A stretch of DNA of 64,000 nucleotides, from contig OZ037770.1 in the NCBI GenBank assembly GCA_964035545.1, forward strand, positions 6,892,729 to 6,956,728, given 5' to 3'. Numbering within the stretch: position 1 is the stretch's first letter; each line of letters starts with the position of its first letter. This DNA is from Bugula neritina (taxonomy: Eukaryota; Animalia; Bryozoa). The notes below the pieces were generated by a model, which worked only from the letters and a program-made list of their open reading frames with translations, searched no databases and was not told the origin of the DNA. Positions 43,170 to 56,400 of this stretch are shown here, piece by piece. Both the position numbers and the translations under genes were made by a program.

Positions 43170-45420
43170 CAAACAAACAAAAATTTAACAAAAAATTAAC
43201 AAAAAAACTACTAGGCAGCCAAACTATGGCTATAAGTCCAGCCTTTCTGGCTTTCTTATCGTCCGACTACTCCTAGTTTTTTGAGTAGATTTATTAGGTC
43301 CCCGAGTCGGCGACGATTGACTATCGTTATTCATAGTTTCTCGACAAGCCAAATGTGTAGAAAGAGAGACTTCAAATGGCTGAAGAGTGTTGGACTCCTC
43401 TAGTGACTGCCTCTCACTAACAGTAACAATCTTCCGCTGTTGGTGATGTAATATCAGCTGCTTTGGATAGTTAGGAGCGATTTCTACGTAGCAATACTCC
43501 CGAGTCATTTGATGATACAATTTCTCTGCTTTTAGTCGCAAAAACAACCCCGTCTTTCCGCTGACTTCCATCGTTGATCTTTATCACCTGACATACTTCC
43601 ATTGGTTCACTTTCTCTAACCCAATGCCTACTGTTATAATAGAGCGCTTGTGTCTTTCGGTGACCAGCCGCACACTGCCTAAGCCGGCTCAAATTAATGC
43701 TTTTGTTCGAATTTAGGGACCGACCAAACATAAGCTCAGCTGGTGAGTACCTGTTGGCCAAGGGTGTGTCTCTGTACGCACACAGTGCAGCCTGAATGTT
43801 GACGTTTTTCTTCATCAAGCCCTTCACCGTCTGAACAGCTCTTTCCGCTTCACCATTTGACTGGGGATACTTTGGAGAACTAGTTATGTGTTTATATCCC
43901 ATTTTGACAGGAAAGACTGAAATATGTCGGACACAAATTGTGGTCCATTATCACTGACTAATGTATTAGGAATGCCTAGCAAGCAGAAAAGTGTTTCGAG
44001 CTTGGAAACTATAGGTTTTGTTTCGGAAGAATCACTGAGTTCATTAACAGTAATGTACCTGCTGTAGTAATCTACCACCACTAGATATGTTCGTCCACCC
44101 TTGGTACATAGGTCAACTGCTAAATGCCACCATAGTCTCTCAGGCCAAGAGGAACAGACCAGAGGCTCCCGAGGTTTCAATCAAAATTCTTCACACTTAG
44201 AACAGCCTTTCACTAACGATCTAATATCAGCTGTCATGCCAGGCCACCAAACTACATCAACTGCTCTACGAATACATTTAGTCTCGCTTTGGTGACCAAC
44301 ATTTATATCCTTCAAAACCTGGTCTCTCTCGACTTTGGGAATGTATAGACGGTTTTCAAAAAATACTACTCCTTGAACTGTGGTCAAGCTGTCTCTGAAC
44401 TTGTAAAATTGCTTCATAGACGGGTTGACATCTTTTGTCCTAGGTCATCCCTCCATAAGGTATTTCAAGAGAATTCTACTTTCATCTTCTGTCCTTATAG
44501 CAGCCTGTATGCGGTGCAGACGAGTTGGGGAAACAGGCATTAGCATCTATTAGCTCCTGCACCAGCAAAGGTTCTCCTTGGGCTTCCTGTGGTCCTGAGT
44601 AAGGGGCCCTAGACAGGGCATCAGCCAATACCAACTTCCTACCCGGTGTAAAGACCACTTCATAAGTGAATGACATCAACCTTAATCTAAACCTTTGCAT
44701 CCGGACAGGTTATTTAGCTAATTCTTTCTCACCAAGAATTGAGAGCAGAGGCTTGTAATCAGTCTCCACTGTGAACTGACAACCTGCCAAAAAGTAATGG
44801 AACTTTTCACAAACCCAGCAGATTGCTAGAGCCTCCTATTCAATCTGTGCGTATCGCTGCTCAGCACTACTCAGAGACCTAGATGCAAAGGCCACAGGGT
44901 TTCAGACCCCATCCACTAGTTGCAGCAACGCCGCCCCAAGGCCAAATGATGACGAGTCTGCACTGAGCATCGTTTTTCTATGAAGACTGTACGGAACTAG
45001 AGTGGGAGTGCTGGCCATCATAGACTTCAAGCATGCAAACTCTTTCTCCTGTACTGGCCTCCTGTACTTTGATGCTGTTGAACTTGACTCTCTCATATAT
45101 TACATTTTTAACCAGTTCAAAATGCTGGTCAAACATGCTCATTACATTCCTTAAAGTTTTCTTCCTGGTGTCTACTGCCTCATCAAACTCAAATTGACTG
45201 TATATAGGCACACTCTCTGGTCCCATCAACACAAGTAAAGTTGCAATCTGCTGCTCCTCCCTCATATCACCGTATTTCTTAGCTATTTTGAATATTTAAA
45301 ACTGTCCTTTAAATAATTTCCAATCAGTTGAAAAAGTGAGGACAGAATAACGCGAACCTTGTTATTTCAGGCGATATCCGAGCCGGCATGAATTTGCTTT
45401 TGACATACCATTTTATGAAA
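43170..45420 (-). mobile_element. Gypsy (Mag-like) remnant with internal deletion
   Basis: Gag fragment QQIATLLVLMG...NVIYERVKF abuts RNase H (ADSSSFGLGAALLQ, ADALSR); integrase HQSETKC, VVDYYSRY, SDNGPQF, NGEAER; frameshifts and stops. Confidence 0.9.
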
Positions 45421-46289
45421 ACTGCTTGCAAAGGATTTAAGGTACTACTGGCTTTTGCATGACCAATAGCACACTCTTGGCAGAGAAGAAGGTATCAATG
45501 ACAAGGACAAGCCTAGACAGATTGACCTCCTTATCTGTTGCAGTGACTGACCAAAAGTAAATTATGTTAATCCTAATCTTTTGGAATTGTGTGTCGCCTC
45601 ACACTGACTAGCACAGCCCACCACAGATCTAAAGATGTCTAGTCTCACCCACTTGTCAGTTTAATCGCTGACCACTCGACCCATGAAACAGTTTGTACCG
45701 GTAGCAGGCATTTTACCTGACCTAAAATAAAACTAGGGTAACTATTTTGAAAAGCTGCTGTCTTGGAGGTACCCACAATAACTTATTAAACAAATGTAGA
45801 GTATTTCACTCTGGCCGAGGTTGTGCTAAGTAAATGTGTCGATACGTTGCATGAGGATGCTTCACTGCTTTTTATTGGTAATCTAATAGACTGTTAAACC
45901 TTTGGTCTCCTGCTGACACACTATAGTTATTATGTTAAATTTGTGACTATTCAAAGAGGCTGAAACTAAAGCTACCAAACATCTATCAGCTGGTTGCATA
46001 ATAATAGCTCCCATTGTTCACTGAATTAAGCTATTCAAAAGCTACAAGCGAAAACATGGCTGAGGCACGGCTGCAAGTTGAGCAGTAGGCAAGCCATAAA
46101 ACTAAGTGTTCCCAACCGCAAAGCTTGTGGTAGCCCAAGTGAACAAAGACATGACTATTTTCTTTTCAACAAACATATAGCTAAATATAATTGGTTGGTT
46201 GAAAGAAAATGCAGATTGCTAATTAGGAAAGCTGCCGTCTTGCAGGTACCCACAATAACTTATTAAACAAAAATATAATGAGATATATT

Positions 46290-48310
46290 TGATTAGTGAG
46301 AGATAAAGGCAAGCGTCTGTCAGTGTTGAAAATGTATAGCATCTTCATTGCTAATGTCTTGCACGTCTAGTGATAAGTCTCTTAATGCTGTTCTCGGAGT
46401 CGGATGCCTGTCCAGAATGCTAATTAGCAAAGCTGCTGTTTAGTTTTAGTTGCTTGGAATAACTAGCCACCTATCATATGAGAGAAAGTCCTTTGACATT
46501 CTAGTACGAGTGTACTGCTGTGTGGGCATCTGTTAAGTGTATTTGCATGAAACAGCTATTTGCATCTAGTTTTGAGAATATTTTCTAGCTCCCAACAGTC
46601 TTATGCTTTCATCTACTGCTGACATTCAATAGATTTCCCGTCCAACAGCCTTCTTTAGGCCAGTCCTGTCCACACAAACTCGAACATCTTCTGAAAGTTT
46701 GAGAACTGGAACCATTCTGCTACACCACTCTGTAGCTTCTGTCACAGGGGTGATAACTCCTCGTTATACCATCTTGTCCAGCTTTTCCTTGGTCTTATCT
46801 GGTAATGGAATTGGTATTTTCTTAGGAGTAGATACATGTAGGCTAGTAATCTAGAATCAGTGATACATGATCGGATTATCCCCAGAGTGCTCCGAGACCT
46901 ATAAATAGCTTTGACAAGCTTGTTTAGATATCTTTGGTTACTTCCCATTGCTGCTTCACTTGACAAGCTGTTCTACTGAGTAAAGAAGTCAATTAATTTT
47001 GAATGTCGAGGACCGTCTACTTGAACCTCTCATTTTTATTCTGCAGATCTGCTTCGAAAATACCCAAGCCTTGGAGTTGCTTCCTTCCAAGCTCATATAA
47101 GCGGACCCCTGTGGTTTGTAGTGAACTAGCAGACACCCAATGCAGTTTGTCACTCACTACTGTACCCTCTGCACTGGTATCCAATTTGAAAGCAGTCGGG
47201 TTGTCATCGGCTGCTACTTCAGCCTTCCAAGTATCCAAAATTCAGTTTTCTATTTTAAGCTCTGCTGTGAACAGTATACCCTCTTTACCAACTGCTTCAG
47301 TAACCTCTTGGGTTGATTTACTTCTGCACTGCCATTGGAAATCACACATTTTTGCATTCCTTGCATTAGGCATCGTTGACTGGGCAATCTGCTTTAGAAA
47401 ATGGCTCTCTTCCCACCTCTTACAATGGTTCTGGCTTGTACATTTGTGAGTTAATTGGCAGTTGAACAGTACCTGCCTGCTTGTGTGTATGACGTGGCTT
47501 GCTTTGCTTATTTTTAGGGTATCTGCTTTGTGCTCTATATATAACATCTACAGACCCTGAGCTTGCTACACTTTGCATTGCATTTGAAGTAACGTCACTG
47601 CTCCTACAAATTTGTACTACTCGATCTACTGTTAGTGTGTTCCCTTGAGAAATTAATTTCTTTCTGAGAATGCTCTAACTCCAAAAACAATGCAATCTCT
47701 CAGCATTTCATTAAAGGGTGCTGGTGCCTCATTAGTGCCAGGCTGGTAGTTCGGCCCACATTTAACTGCTAGTGCACGTAATTGATACCTTGTATTAACT
47801 TTATAAAGCTTGTGTACTATATTTCTCTCCTACATCACATTGTCCCAAAATGTCTATAATTGCTGTTAGACTTGCATCACTTTGGTATCTATGACTAGAC
47901 TCTACAACTCGGCATGCATCATCACCAATTGTGTATAACAGCAATGCTCTTTGGTACTCAATACTTTCTTCTAAAAGTATAGACACAATGTAAGATGACT
48001 ACCATTCTCTAAATTTTCTGAAGTTCTGCTCTCAATCATTTTTCAAAATGATGCTACCTAGTGGTTCAATGTTGGGTGCATTCCTATGCCCAATTTCTTG
48101 TTGCCAAACTTCTTAGTCCGCCAAAATTGCTTTTAATTGCTGCCACCATGTGTGATCGGTATATAAGAGTACAACAAAGTTGGATGGAGTCTAAGCTAAT
48201 AATTATTGTGATTTATTACAATATAAACTAACTGGAAAATCCCGAGTCTTTTAGAGTCCGCATTAAGCCATGTGATACTTGGCGAATGTTTAATAGAATA
48301 ATGGCGCCTA
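46290..48310 (-). mobile_element. Gypsy remnant with tRNA-Leu-type PBS and putative 5' LTR
   Basis: PBS TGGTGGCAGC at 48139-48148 (minus) next to an LTR-like end at about 48150; gag QRALLLYTIG; protease relic FKLDTSA; degraded RT/RH/IN pieces downstream. Confidence 0.75.
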
Positions 48311-49694
48311 AATCAATTGCTGAGGTCAATTTATTGATAGCTGCTGTATTATCTACTCTAAGTAGTTACATACATAATTTCAGTCTTAGTTTTTTAGTTA
48401 CTAATTAGAGAATGCTTGATTTTAATTAGATGGTTTACTGGTATTGTTAATAAAACTTGCTTAAGGGTGATTTTTGTTATAAATGGTCATCAAAAGGTGA
48501 CTTGTTATTAAATTATTTACCCTGTTCCTGTTTTACATGAAGTTGTTTCAAAAAGCTTTTCAATTGAACCTTGAAAACAACTACTTTTAATATCTCTGGT
48601 AGAAATACAAGGGCTATTTTAGTTTTCTGCATTGATAAAATAGGTTTATAACACTTTTTTAAAAAGTTGTTTTCTCTGTGACAAGATAAACATTAAGCAG
48701 TCTTCCTTTTCTAGGTTACTGATAGTTATTCCTGCTTTTCTTGTTGTTTGTACTACTTAAAAAACGTATACATGTCTGTTAGAAAGGTTAGGTGTGACTG
48801 GTAGAATACACATTGTTTATTATCTAACATATAAGCATTATGAGCTATTTGAAAAAGGAATTTCTTTAGATTTGTGTGTTGAAAACAGTATTTTTTCTAA
48901 CCATCTGTTGGAACTGAATCATCAGCTAATAAAACAGGTTAATCTACAATTCATATTAAAGTGATGTTAACCCAATTGATAAATTGGGTAAAAATGGAAT
49001 TTTCAAAATGGGGGAAATAGCTTCTATTTTGATGTTTTCATTTTTTGTGCAATAGAAAGGTTTATACGTATCACTGTGAAGCCAAAATTCTACAGATGTT
49101 AGATCTGTGAGTAACTTTTCTGTATCTGGGTGGGGTTCTTGCTTGGAAGAGGTGGACATACAGGGGTTGGCCAATTTTCAAGGGGGCATCATGAAGTTTT
49201 AAATATGCACTTATTTGAGTGATTTGAGTTTAATATTCAAAATGTTTTCTGGAAATGTTGTACACCTATGAAACTATTTTTCAAAAAAATTAGGACCAAA
49301 AATTGATATGTGGTTTCATTCACTCCATACTTGTTTAGGCTTAGGACATACATAGAACTGATCAGCTATTGGATTTATTCAAAGCTGAGTGAGGTTAGTC
49401 TAATTCTCTGACATTCTATTGACTTTGTAAAGTCACTATGTGCTGTAGGTATAAAGAGTATGTAAATAAGCAAATAGTAGTAAATTTTTTTATTCTAGAT
49501 TAATAAACAATCAACCAAATCATATAATTAGCAGGTAACACTATGTCTCTCTAATCATATAACAAGTATCTAAAATATGCTAATAGACAATGTATCTTTC
49601 TAATTGCAGCACATCATTGCTAAGCAGTTTCATGGTGATACCATTTATTCATTTTGATGACTGTGGACTCCAGTAGCATTTCTCATCTTTGGAC

Positions 49695-52010
49695 ATGTCC
49701 GACCAGCTGTATCCAGAGGTTGTTATTAGAACAGGAAGTCATGTTGTAACAGCTATGTGTCACATCTCCGTGTCTCAACCAATCAGCAAGCAGCTGCTGA
49801 TTACAGGTAAGAGGAAGAAGTGTGAAAGTGTGAACTACAGATTACTGGTTAGATCCTGCCGTTTGAAGTTGGTTTTTCTATGAGGAATTCTGCTTTTATG
49901 TAAACTGGCAACTTTTTTTGGGAATATTTTAAAAGGAACTTAAGTTCTTTTAATTTGACAGAGTATTTGTGTGGACTTAGTGGTTTCTGAACTAGAAGCT
50001 AATGTTACGGTTGGTGATTACCGCCCAAGTGTTGAGTGTCACTGTATACTGCTGAGCAACAGGCAAATAAAAAGGGAGGGTTAGACAGGGAGAAACATGG
50101 TGTGTGTAGTGAAGAGTAGGCAGCTCTAAAATCTAAATAGTGTCTCTGTAAATGATAACCTATACATTGGAAAAGTTAGATCTCCAATTTTCTTGTGAAT
50201 GATAAAGAGAGGATAACTCCTGTATGTGTTTTGTTCCGCTGACCTTTGGGAGCTATAACTAGTAAACTGGTTCACCTCTATGGTTGTCATCATGTCCATA
50301 ACCTGTGCTGCCGAGTTCAAATAACCTCACAGTCCTCCTTTCATTCTCTCCACGCTTTGATTTGTTGTCTTGGCTTCTTCTCCTTCGCGATGCATGCCAG
50401 TGAGTTAGGGCACACCTCACTCCTGAGACTCCTGCGATCAGCAATACTGTGCCTATCAGAGTTACGCCTAACATCATCAGCATGGTTTGGTCGAGGTTCA
50501 GCCCTGCTGGTAGCTTCAGGTATTCCCTGGTAGCAGAGCCATGCTGGAGCCAGCTGTAGTATTTTGGCGTGCTGCTCATTAGTATGCTGCCTATGAGTCA
50601 CCTGATGATGTGTAGGAATGCACCTCTCAGGTGTGCTGCCTATGAGTCAGCTGGTGATGTGTAGGGATGAACCTCTCAGGAATGGGATTGAATACAGAAT
50701 GAATTTACCTACTAGTTTTTCTCATCAAGTAATAATCAATTACTTGTCTCCTTCACTACCCACTTTTCCCAGCTAAATTGTAGGTACATTTTACTTCATC
50801 TCTACTCAATTATCTTGTCTATAATAAAAATCAATCATATTATTTGTATTTTTCTAGGAACCAATGATGGGAAAGTTTTGTGTTGGGATTTGTCTGCTCA
50901 GTTGATACGACAGAGTTTCTCCATAGATTCCACCATGGTGTTGTCTACCATTCCTTTGGTTCAGTCGTGTCGTGTTTTAGCATATACTAGAGGTCAACAC
51001 GTCATGATACTTGAATGGTGTGGTAGGAGTGGACAATTCCAGTCCACTTTGTGTAAGTAATATTATTTCCCAAAACATTGTAAACCTAAAAAGTAAATAG
51101 AAATCACCAGAATTGAGTAAATGAGACCTTGAAGTTTTCTCATATTATGGTACAGCATACTCATAATTTAGAGTATATACAGTTGTATGCAGTATATATA
51201 CTATATACTGTATATATACTGTATACAGTATATATACTATATACTGCATATACACTGTAAACTGTTGATACGATGCAAGTAAATTGTTCGTTTGGTTTTG
51301 TTGAAGCCCACCAGTTTGAAGGAAATATGTGTCCGACATTTTGTTCCACAGCCTGTATATCCGAATGTCCTGATAGATGTTATATATGTGTACCTGCTGA
51401 CAACGAAGTGAATGTGTATAGTGTCCAGCTGACACAACCTGTGGGTATGTTTTACTATTGTGAAAATATTCACAAAACTTAATGTGGCAGTTGGAGAAAA
51501 CGGCAGCTTTAAGTAGCAGTATTTGTTTAATAAATTAACAAAATATGTTACTTGCTTCCAGTTACTCTCAAAGGGAATTTGTTGCATACCATTACACTTT
51601 CTAAATAATTACTAAGTTCATTCCTATGCAAACCTCCGATCCTAATTTCGAATTATTGTTTCATGTTAATGGCTATATTAATTTCTTAATTGTTGTGTCA
51701 ATCGATATCATTTGTCAGTTTCACTGAAACAAGTTTCAACAAAATAATACTTTTGACAGCTGGCTTTTACAATGCAAGGCAAATTGAATTTCTAGCTTCT
51801 GGTTTTAAAGTAAAAGCAAGCATGAGCTCTTTCATGCCCAATTGTGTCTCATGTAGGTGTGGTTAATATGAGTATAACACTGAAAGCTGGGGCGATGGTC
51901 ACTTGTATGACTTCAATCTCAACTAATTCGGAACAAGGAATGTCTGTGGTGATTGGAGATGAGGCCGGAAACATATCCCTTTACTGTATAAATAATAGTA
52001 AGTAACATCT

Positions 52011-52108
<98 letters not shown>

Positions 52109-52125
52109 ATAGATGTTACTTACTA

Positions 52126-52164
<39 letters not shown>

Positions 52165-52281
52165 TATACACACATATATATATATATATATATACATATA
52201 TATCTATCTATCTCAATCTGTGGACAGCATATATATATACAGTATATATACATATATATATATATATGCTGTCCACAGATT

Positions 52282-52335
<54 letters not shown>

Positions 52336-53253
52336 TGTATATTTATGTATATATAATAGTAGGTAATATATCTTTACTATATATAAAATGTGAATGATTT
52401 ACAAAAACTCACAACATATGCACCTGGTACTAAATTTTTATCTCAACATATGAATTCCCAATATTAAAAACAGGCTTTTTGAATTAGGCAAAATTCTTGA
52501 CAGGGCTGAGCAATTTCTACTTGGTATAATATTATCCAACTAATGCAAATTTAGAGTTGAATATAGACGAAAGGATTTTAAAATGCTGTTGCGTTGTCTT
52601 GCCAAGCGTTATAATCGTTATACTGACTGTAAACTTGTTTGATAAGCTTATGTTACCTCCAGCTAATGTCACAAAATATTTGTATAATAAAATATGCTTC
52701 TAGTTGCTTTAGATACTATATTATCGCTACCAATCATACGCAATTTAATATTTTTTCTTTCAAGAAATTTTAATTTTCAAAATTATATATTTTTAACCTA
52801 CATGAAACATCAACTTTTACAGATGGATTACAGACTAAACCACATGATGGGGGATGCCTGCACCCTTCCATTTCTTCATTAAACACGCACAACAAAGAAC
52901 CTGTGCTAGCTATAGACTATAACCCTACAAGTACACTGGGAGTTACTGCGGGTGGCTCAGGTCTTGTCTCCATATGGAAACTCAAAGAACAATCTAAGCT
53001 TTCTAAGCATTTAGACATCAAAACTCCAAGTAAAGGATTCAATGCTGTTAGAATTAGACCTGACTCAAAGTTGTTAATATTGTGTTCTTGGGATGGGGTG
53101 GTAAGGTTGTACAGCCCTAAGCAGGGTAAACTGTTGGCTTTGTTAGATTTTCATAGGCAAAGTGTAAATGCCATCTCTTTTAATAATGGCGGAGAATTTG
53201 TGACATCTTCAAAGGATAATACAATTTGTGTATGGAGCTTATATGCCAAATAA
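49695..53253 (+). CDS. GNB1L: Guanine nucleotide-binding protein subunit beta-like protein 1 (WD40; ASA1 family), 5 coding exons
   Basis: Exons 49695-49806, 50858-51052, about 51280-51444 (acceptor uncertain), 51857-51997, 52823-53253. Motifs [66 protein letters not shown] match the recalled GNB1L sequence. Confidence 0.87.
50003..50690 (-). other. Intronic antisense insert with a 106-aa single-TM ORF (50259-50579) and an LTR-like end
   Basis: ORF has [23 protein letters not shown] followed by RRRR; the segment ends ...ACCGTAACA on minus at 50003; about 49-bp tandem duplication at 50585-50680. Confidence 0.35.
52015..52356. repeat. (TA)n-rich compound microsatellite with an internal inverted repeat
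   Basis: TA runs; ATCTCAATCTGTGGACAGCAT (about 52210) is mirrored by ATGCTGTCCACAGATTGAGAT (about 52266). Confidence 0.9.
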
Positions 53254-53416
53254 ACATCAAATTTCAGCTTTATTATTTAAACTCAATTGAATTAAGTGTA
53301 TATAAAACAATTTTTCTATAATATAAAAGGGAAGAAATAAATCAAATACATGTGTATTCAGCCTATACAACATAGTACATTATACAAAACTAGTTTGTTA
53401 GGGTAATTCTTGTATA

Positions 53417-56400
53417 CTATTTCTTCTTAGAGTCGCTCTGCTTGCTCTTGTCAGCCTTAAACTTTAGAGCCCCAACGCTTTTTCTGTCTTCCATTTCGTG
53501 CATAAGTTGCTTGAGCTTTGAAACTGCAAGGAGAGTAAGAACAATTGTGCCATGATATTTTAATACAATATAATATGCCGAATGGAATGCCATTTTGTTA
53601 CCTTGGAGTTATCTTTTCACTATTTTGTAGCCGTCAAATTTACATGCAATTTTGAACTGGAGCAGCCGTGGTTTAGGGGGTTGGAGTGTTTGCTTTGTAT
53701 ATATAGGTCAGTTGTTTATGGGCTATTGGTGATATTAGGAAGGGCATTTAGTCCTAATTGCCTTTTTGCGACATTAGTGAAAAAGTCCTTAGCCTGCTAT
53801 AAAAAGTCCTTTTCACGGGATGGCTACTATAAACCTATGCACATGTGGGATGTTTGAACTTGTAGTTACTTTCTGTTTAATAATTTTTAGTGTTAGATCC
53901 AAATAGTGTGCAAGCGAATACACATCAACTTATTATTATCAACTAAACATGCACCCAATTAATATAACACATTGAACAACCAGTGGCGTGTGAAGTAGAG
54001 ATGAGACAACTGATGAGGACAGAGCAGTCTGATTAATCAATTCAATGAGTATTTCCCATCAAGTGTATAAAGTTCCATAAATAAAATTGTAACTTCTCAT
54101 TCAAACACTAAATCTTTATCTCCAGTTTGTAGATTCATTCAATTGTGTTTTATAATGAATTTTGTGCGACTATGTACTGAATAGATTTGGAATTTCTGAT
54201 CACATGGAAATGACATTTTCGGTCGGCTTTGGCTTTACTGCTACTATAAAACTTAAAATAATTATAGTTAACTTTCATTGCACGGTATTGTTAGCTGCTG
54301 CACTGCACAGCCTAATCACTGATATGGCTTAAAAGTTTAAAGTACGTACTGCACAAAATTCATTATAAAACAAAATTGTTAAGGCATCCAACCTTAAAAC
54401 AGTATGTAAATGAAAACCAACATATATAAGAATATTTCAGTACTGCATAAGTGAAGTGTGTCCGGGATTCTGTACCAAATGTATTTGTAAACAACTTATT
54501 GATGGATTTGGACACAACTGCACTGGAAAACTCCTGAATTGGATTATGGTTAGGAAAAATCGGCTCAATGTAATTGCATGCTAAGTAACTCACAGTCTTG
54601 AAAAGATGAGGTGAAAGGTGAGGGAGGCGTGGCATCTGGGGGATGGTCTATTTTATCAGGGATGTTGAATGTTTTCTTCATGAAATTAGTCTCAAAAATC
54701 TTGCTGAATACCAGAGAAATGATATTTGAAGTTGACCAGTAGAGTGCCAGTGCCTATGAAACACACAGCACCTCCACATCAAAATGATTCACTGCTGACT
54801 GAAACTATACAACTTATGAACCAAACTCTTGTTGAATTGATTAGAAAGTTTTATAAAAAAGTTATACCACAATCTTGAAAGTGCTGGCGTGTGCAATACT
54901 ATCCGTATACATGCTCATTGGCTACTTGCTTAAACAAGGTACATGTATTTAGCAACAAAAGTGATATACTAACTATCATTGTAAAAGCAGGTATAAAGGT
55001 GATGTACTCACAGAGGGCTGAAAACTTGTCACCCCAAATATAATGATTGGCAGGACATTGAATATTTTTTTCATAGGGGGAGGCAAATGGGTGGTGGAAG
55101 CGCCTTCAGCTCCAGTCTGAAAGACAACAAGTACACATAGAGCGTATAGAACCATATTGTTTAGTGAAACGTCCACTTTATTAATTTACATTTTAAAAAC
55201 TATCTTTTCCGGTTTTATATAGAAGTTAGCTAACAAACCTTAGTAACCACAAATATTGTGGCAGCGCTCATGGCTGGCAGTATAAAGTAGGGGTCAGGAA
55301 CAGTGAGATCAACAAACCAAGCGCCACCTCCAGTCATCAGACTCTGCACAGGAAGACTGGTCATCCCCCTCAAACCATAAAAGATTGACAAGAACACTGG
55401 TGCCTACAAATAGAGCTATTATATTAATGGTTCATTTAGTATAAAATTACTATATATATAATAAAATACATGAATTAAAGGGAGGAATAATTGTGAAGAA
55501 CAGCAACATAATGTCTTACGGCCATAAGCGGTCGAAGCATCATCTTGAAGGGGTCACAGTTATTCCTCTTTGAGTAACTAGTATATTCCTGGTGCAACTT
55601 CTCAACTGTTACAAGTATACACATTATTATATGCAATGTAATATACTGCATAGCATTATTATATACAATGTAATATACTGCATAGCATTATTATATGCAA
55701 TGTAATATACTGCATAGCATTATTATATACAATGTAATATACTGCATAGCATTATTATATGCAATGTAATATACCGCATAGCATTATTATATGCAATGTA
55801 ATATACTGCATAGCATTATTATATGCAATGTAATATACTGCATAGCATTATTATATACAATGTAATATACTGCATAGCATTATTATATGCAATGTAATAT
55901 ACTGCATAGCATTATTATATGCAATGTAATATACTGCATAGCATTATTATATGCAATGTAATATACTGCATAGCATTATTATATGCAATGTAATATACTG
56001 CATAGCATTATTATATGCAATGTAATATACTGCATAGCATTATTATATGCAATGTAATATACTGCATAGCATTATTATATGCAATGTAATATACTGCATA
56101 GCATTATTATATGCAATGTAATATACTGCATAGCATTATTATATGCAATGTAATATACTGCATAGCATTATTATATGCAATGTAATATACTGCATAGCAT
56201 TATTATATGCAATGTAATATATTGCATAGCATTATTATATGCAATGTAATATACTGCATAGCATTATTATATGCAATGTAATATACTGCATAGCATTATT
56301 ATATACAATGTAATATACTGCATAGCATTATTATATACAATGTAATATACTGCATAGCATTATTATATGCAATGTAATATACTGCATAGCATTATTATAT

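Noticed and set aside
45753-46272. About 42-bp direct repeats (45753 and 46229) as LTRs of a mini-element
   Set aside because: No TG...CA ends, PBS, PPT or TSD evident; probably a local duplication among TE debris.
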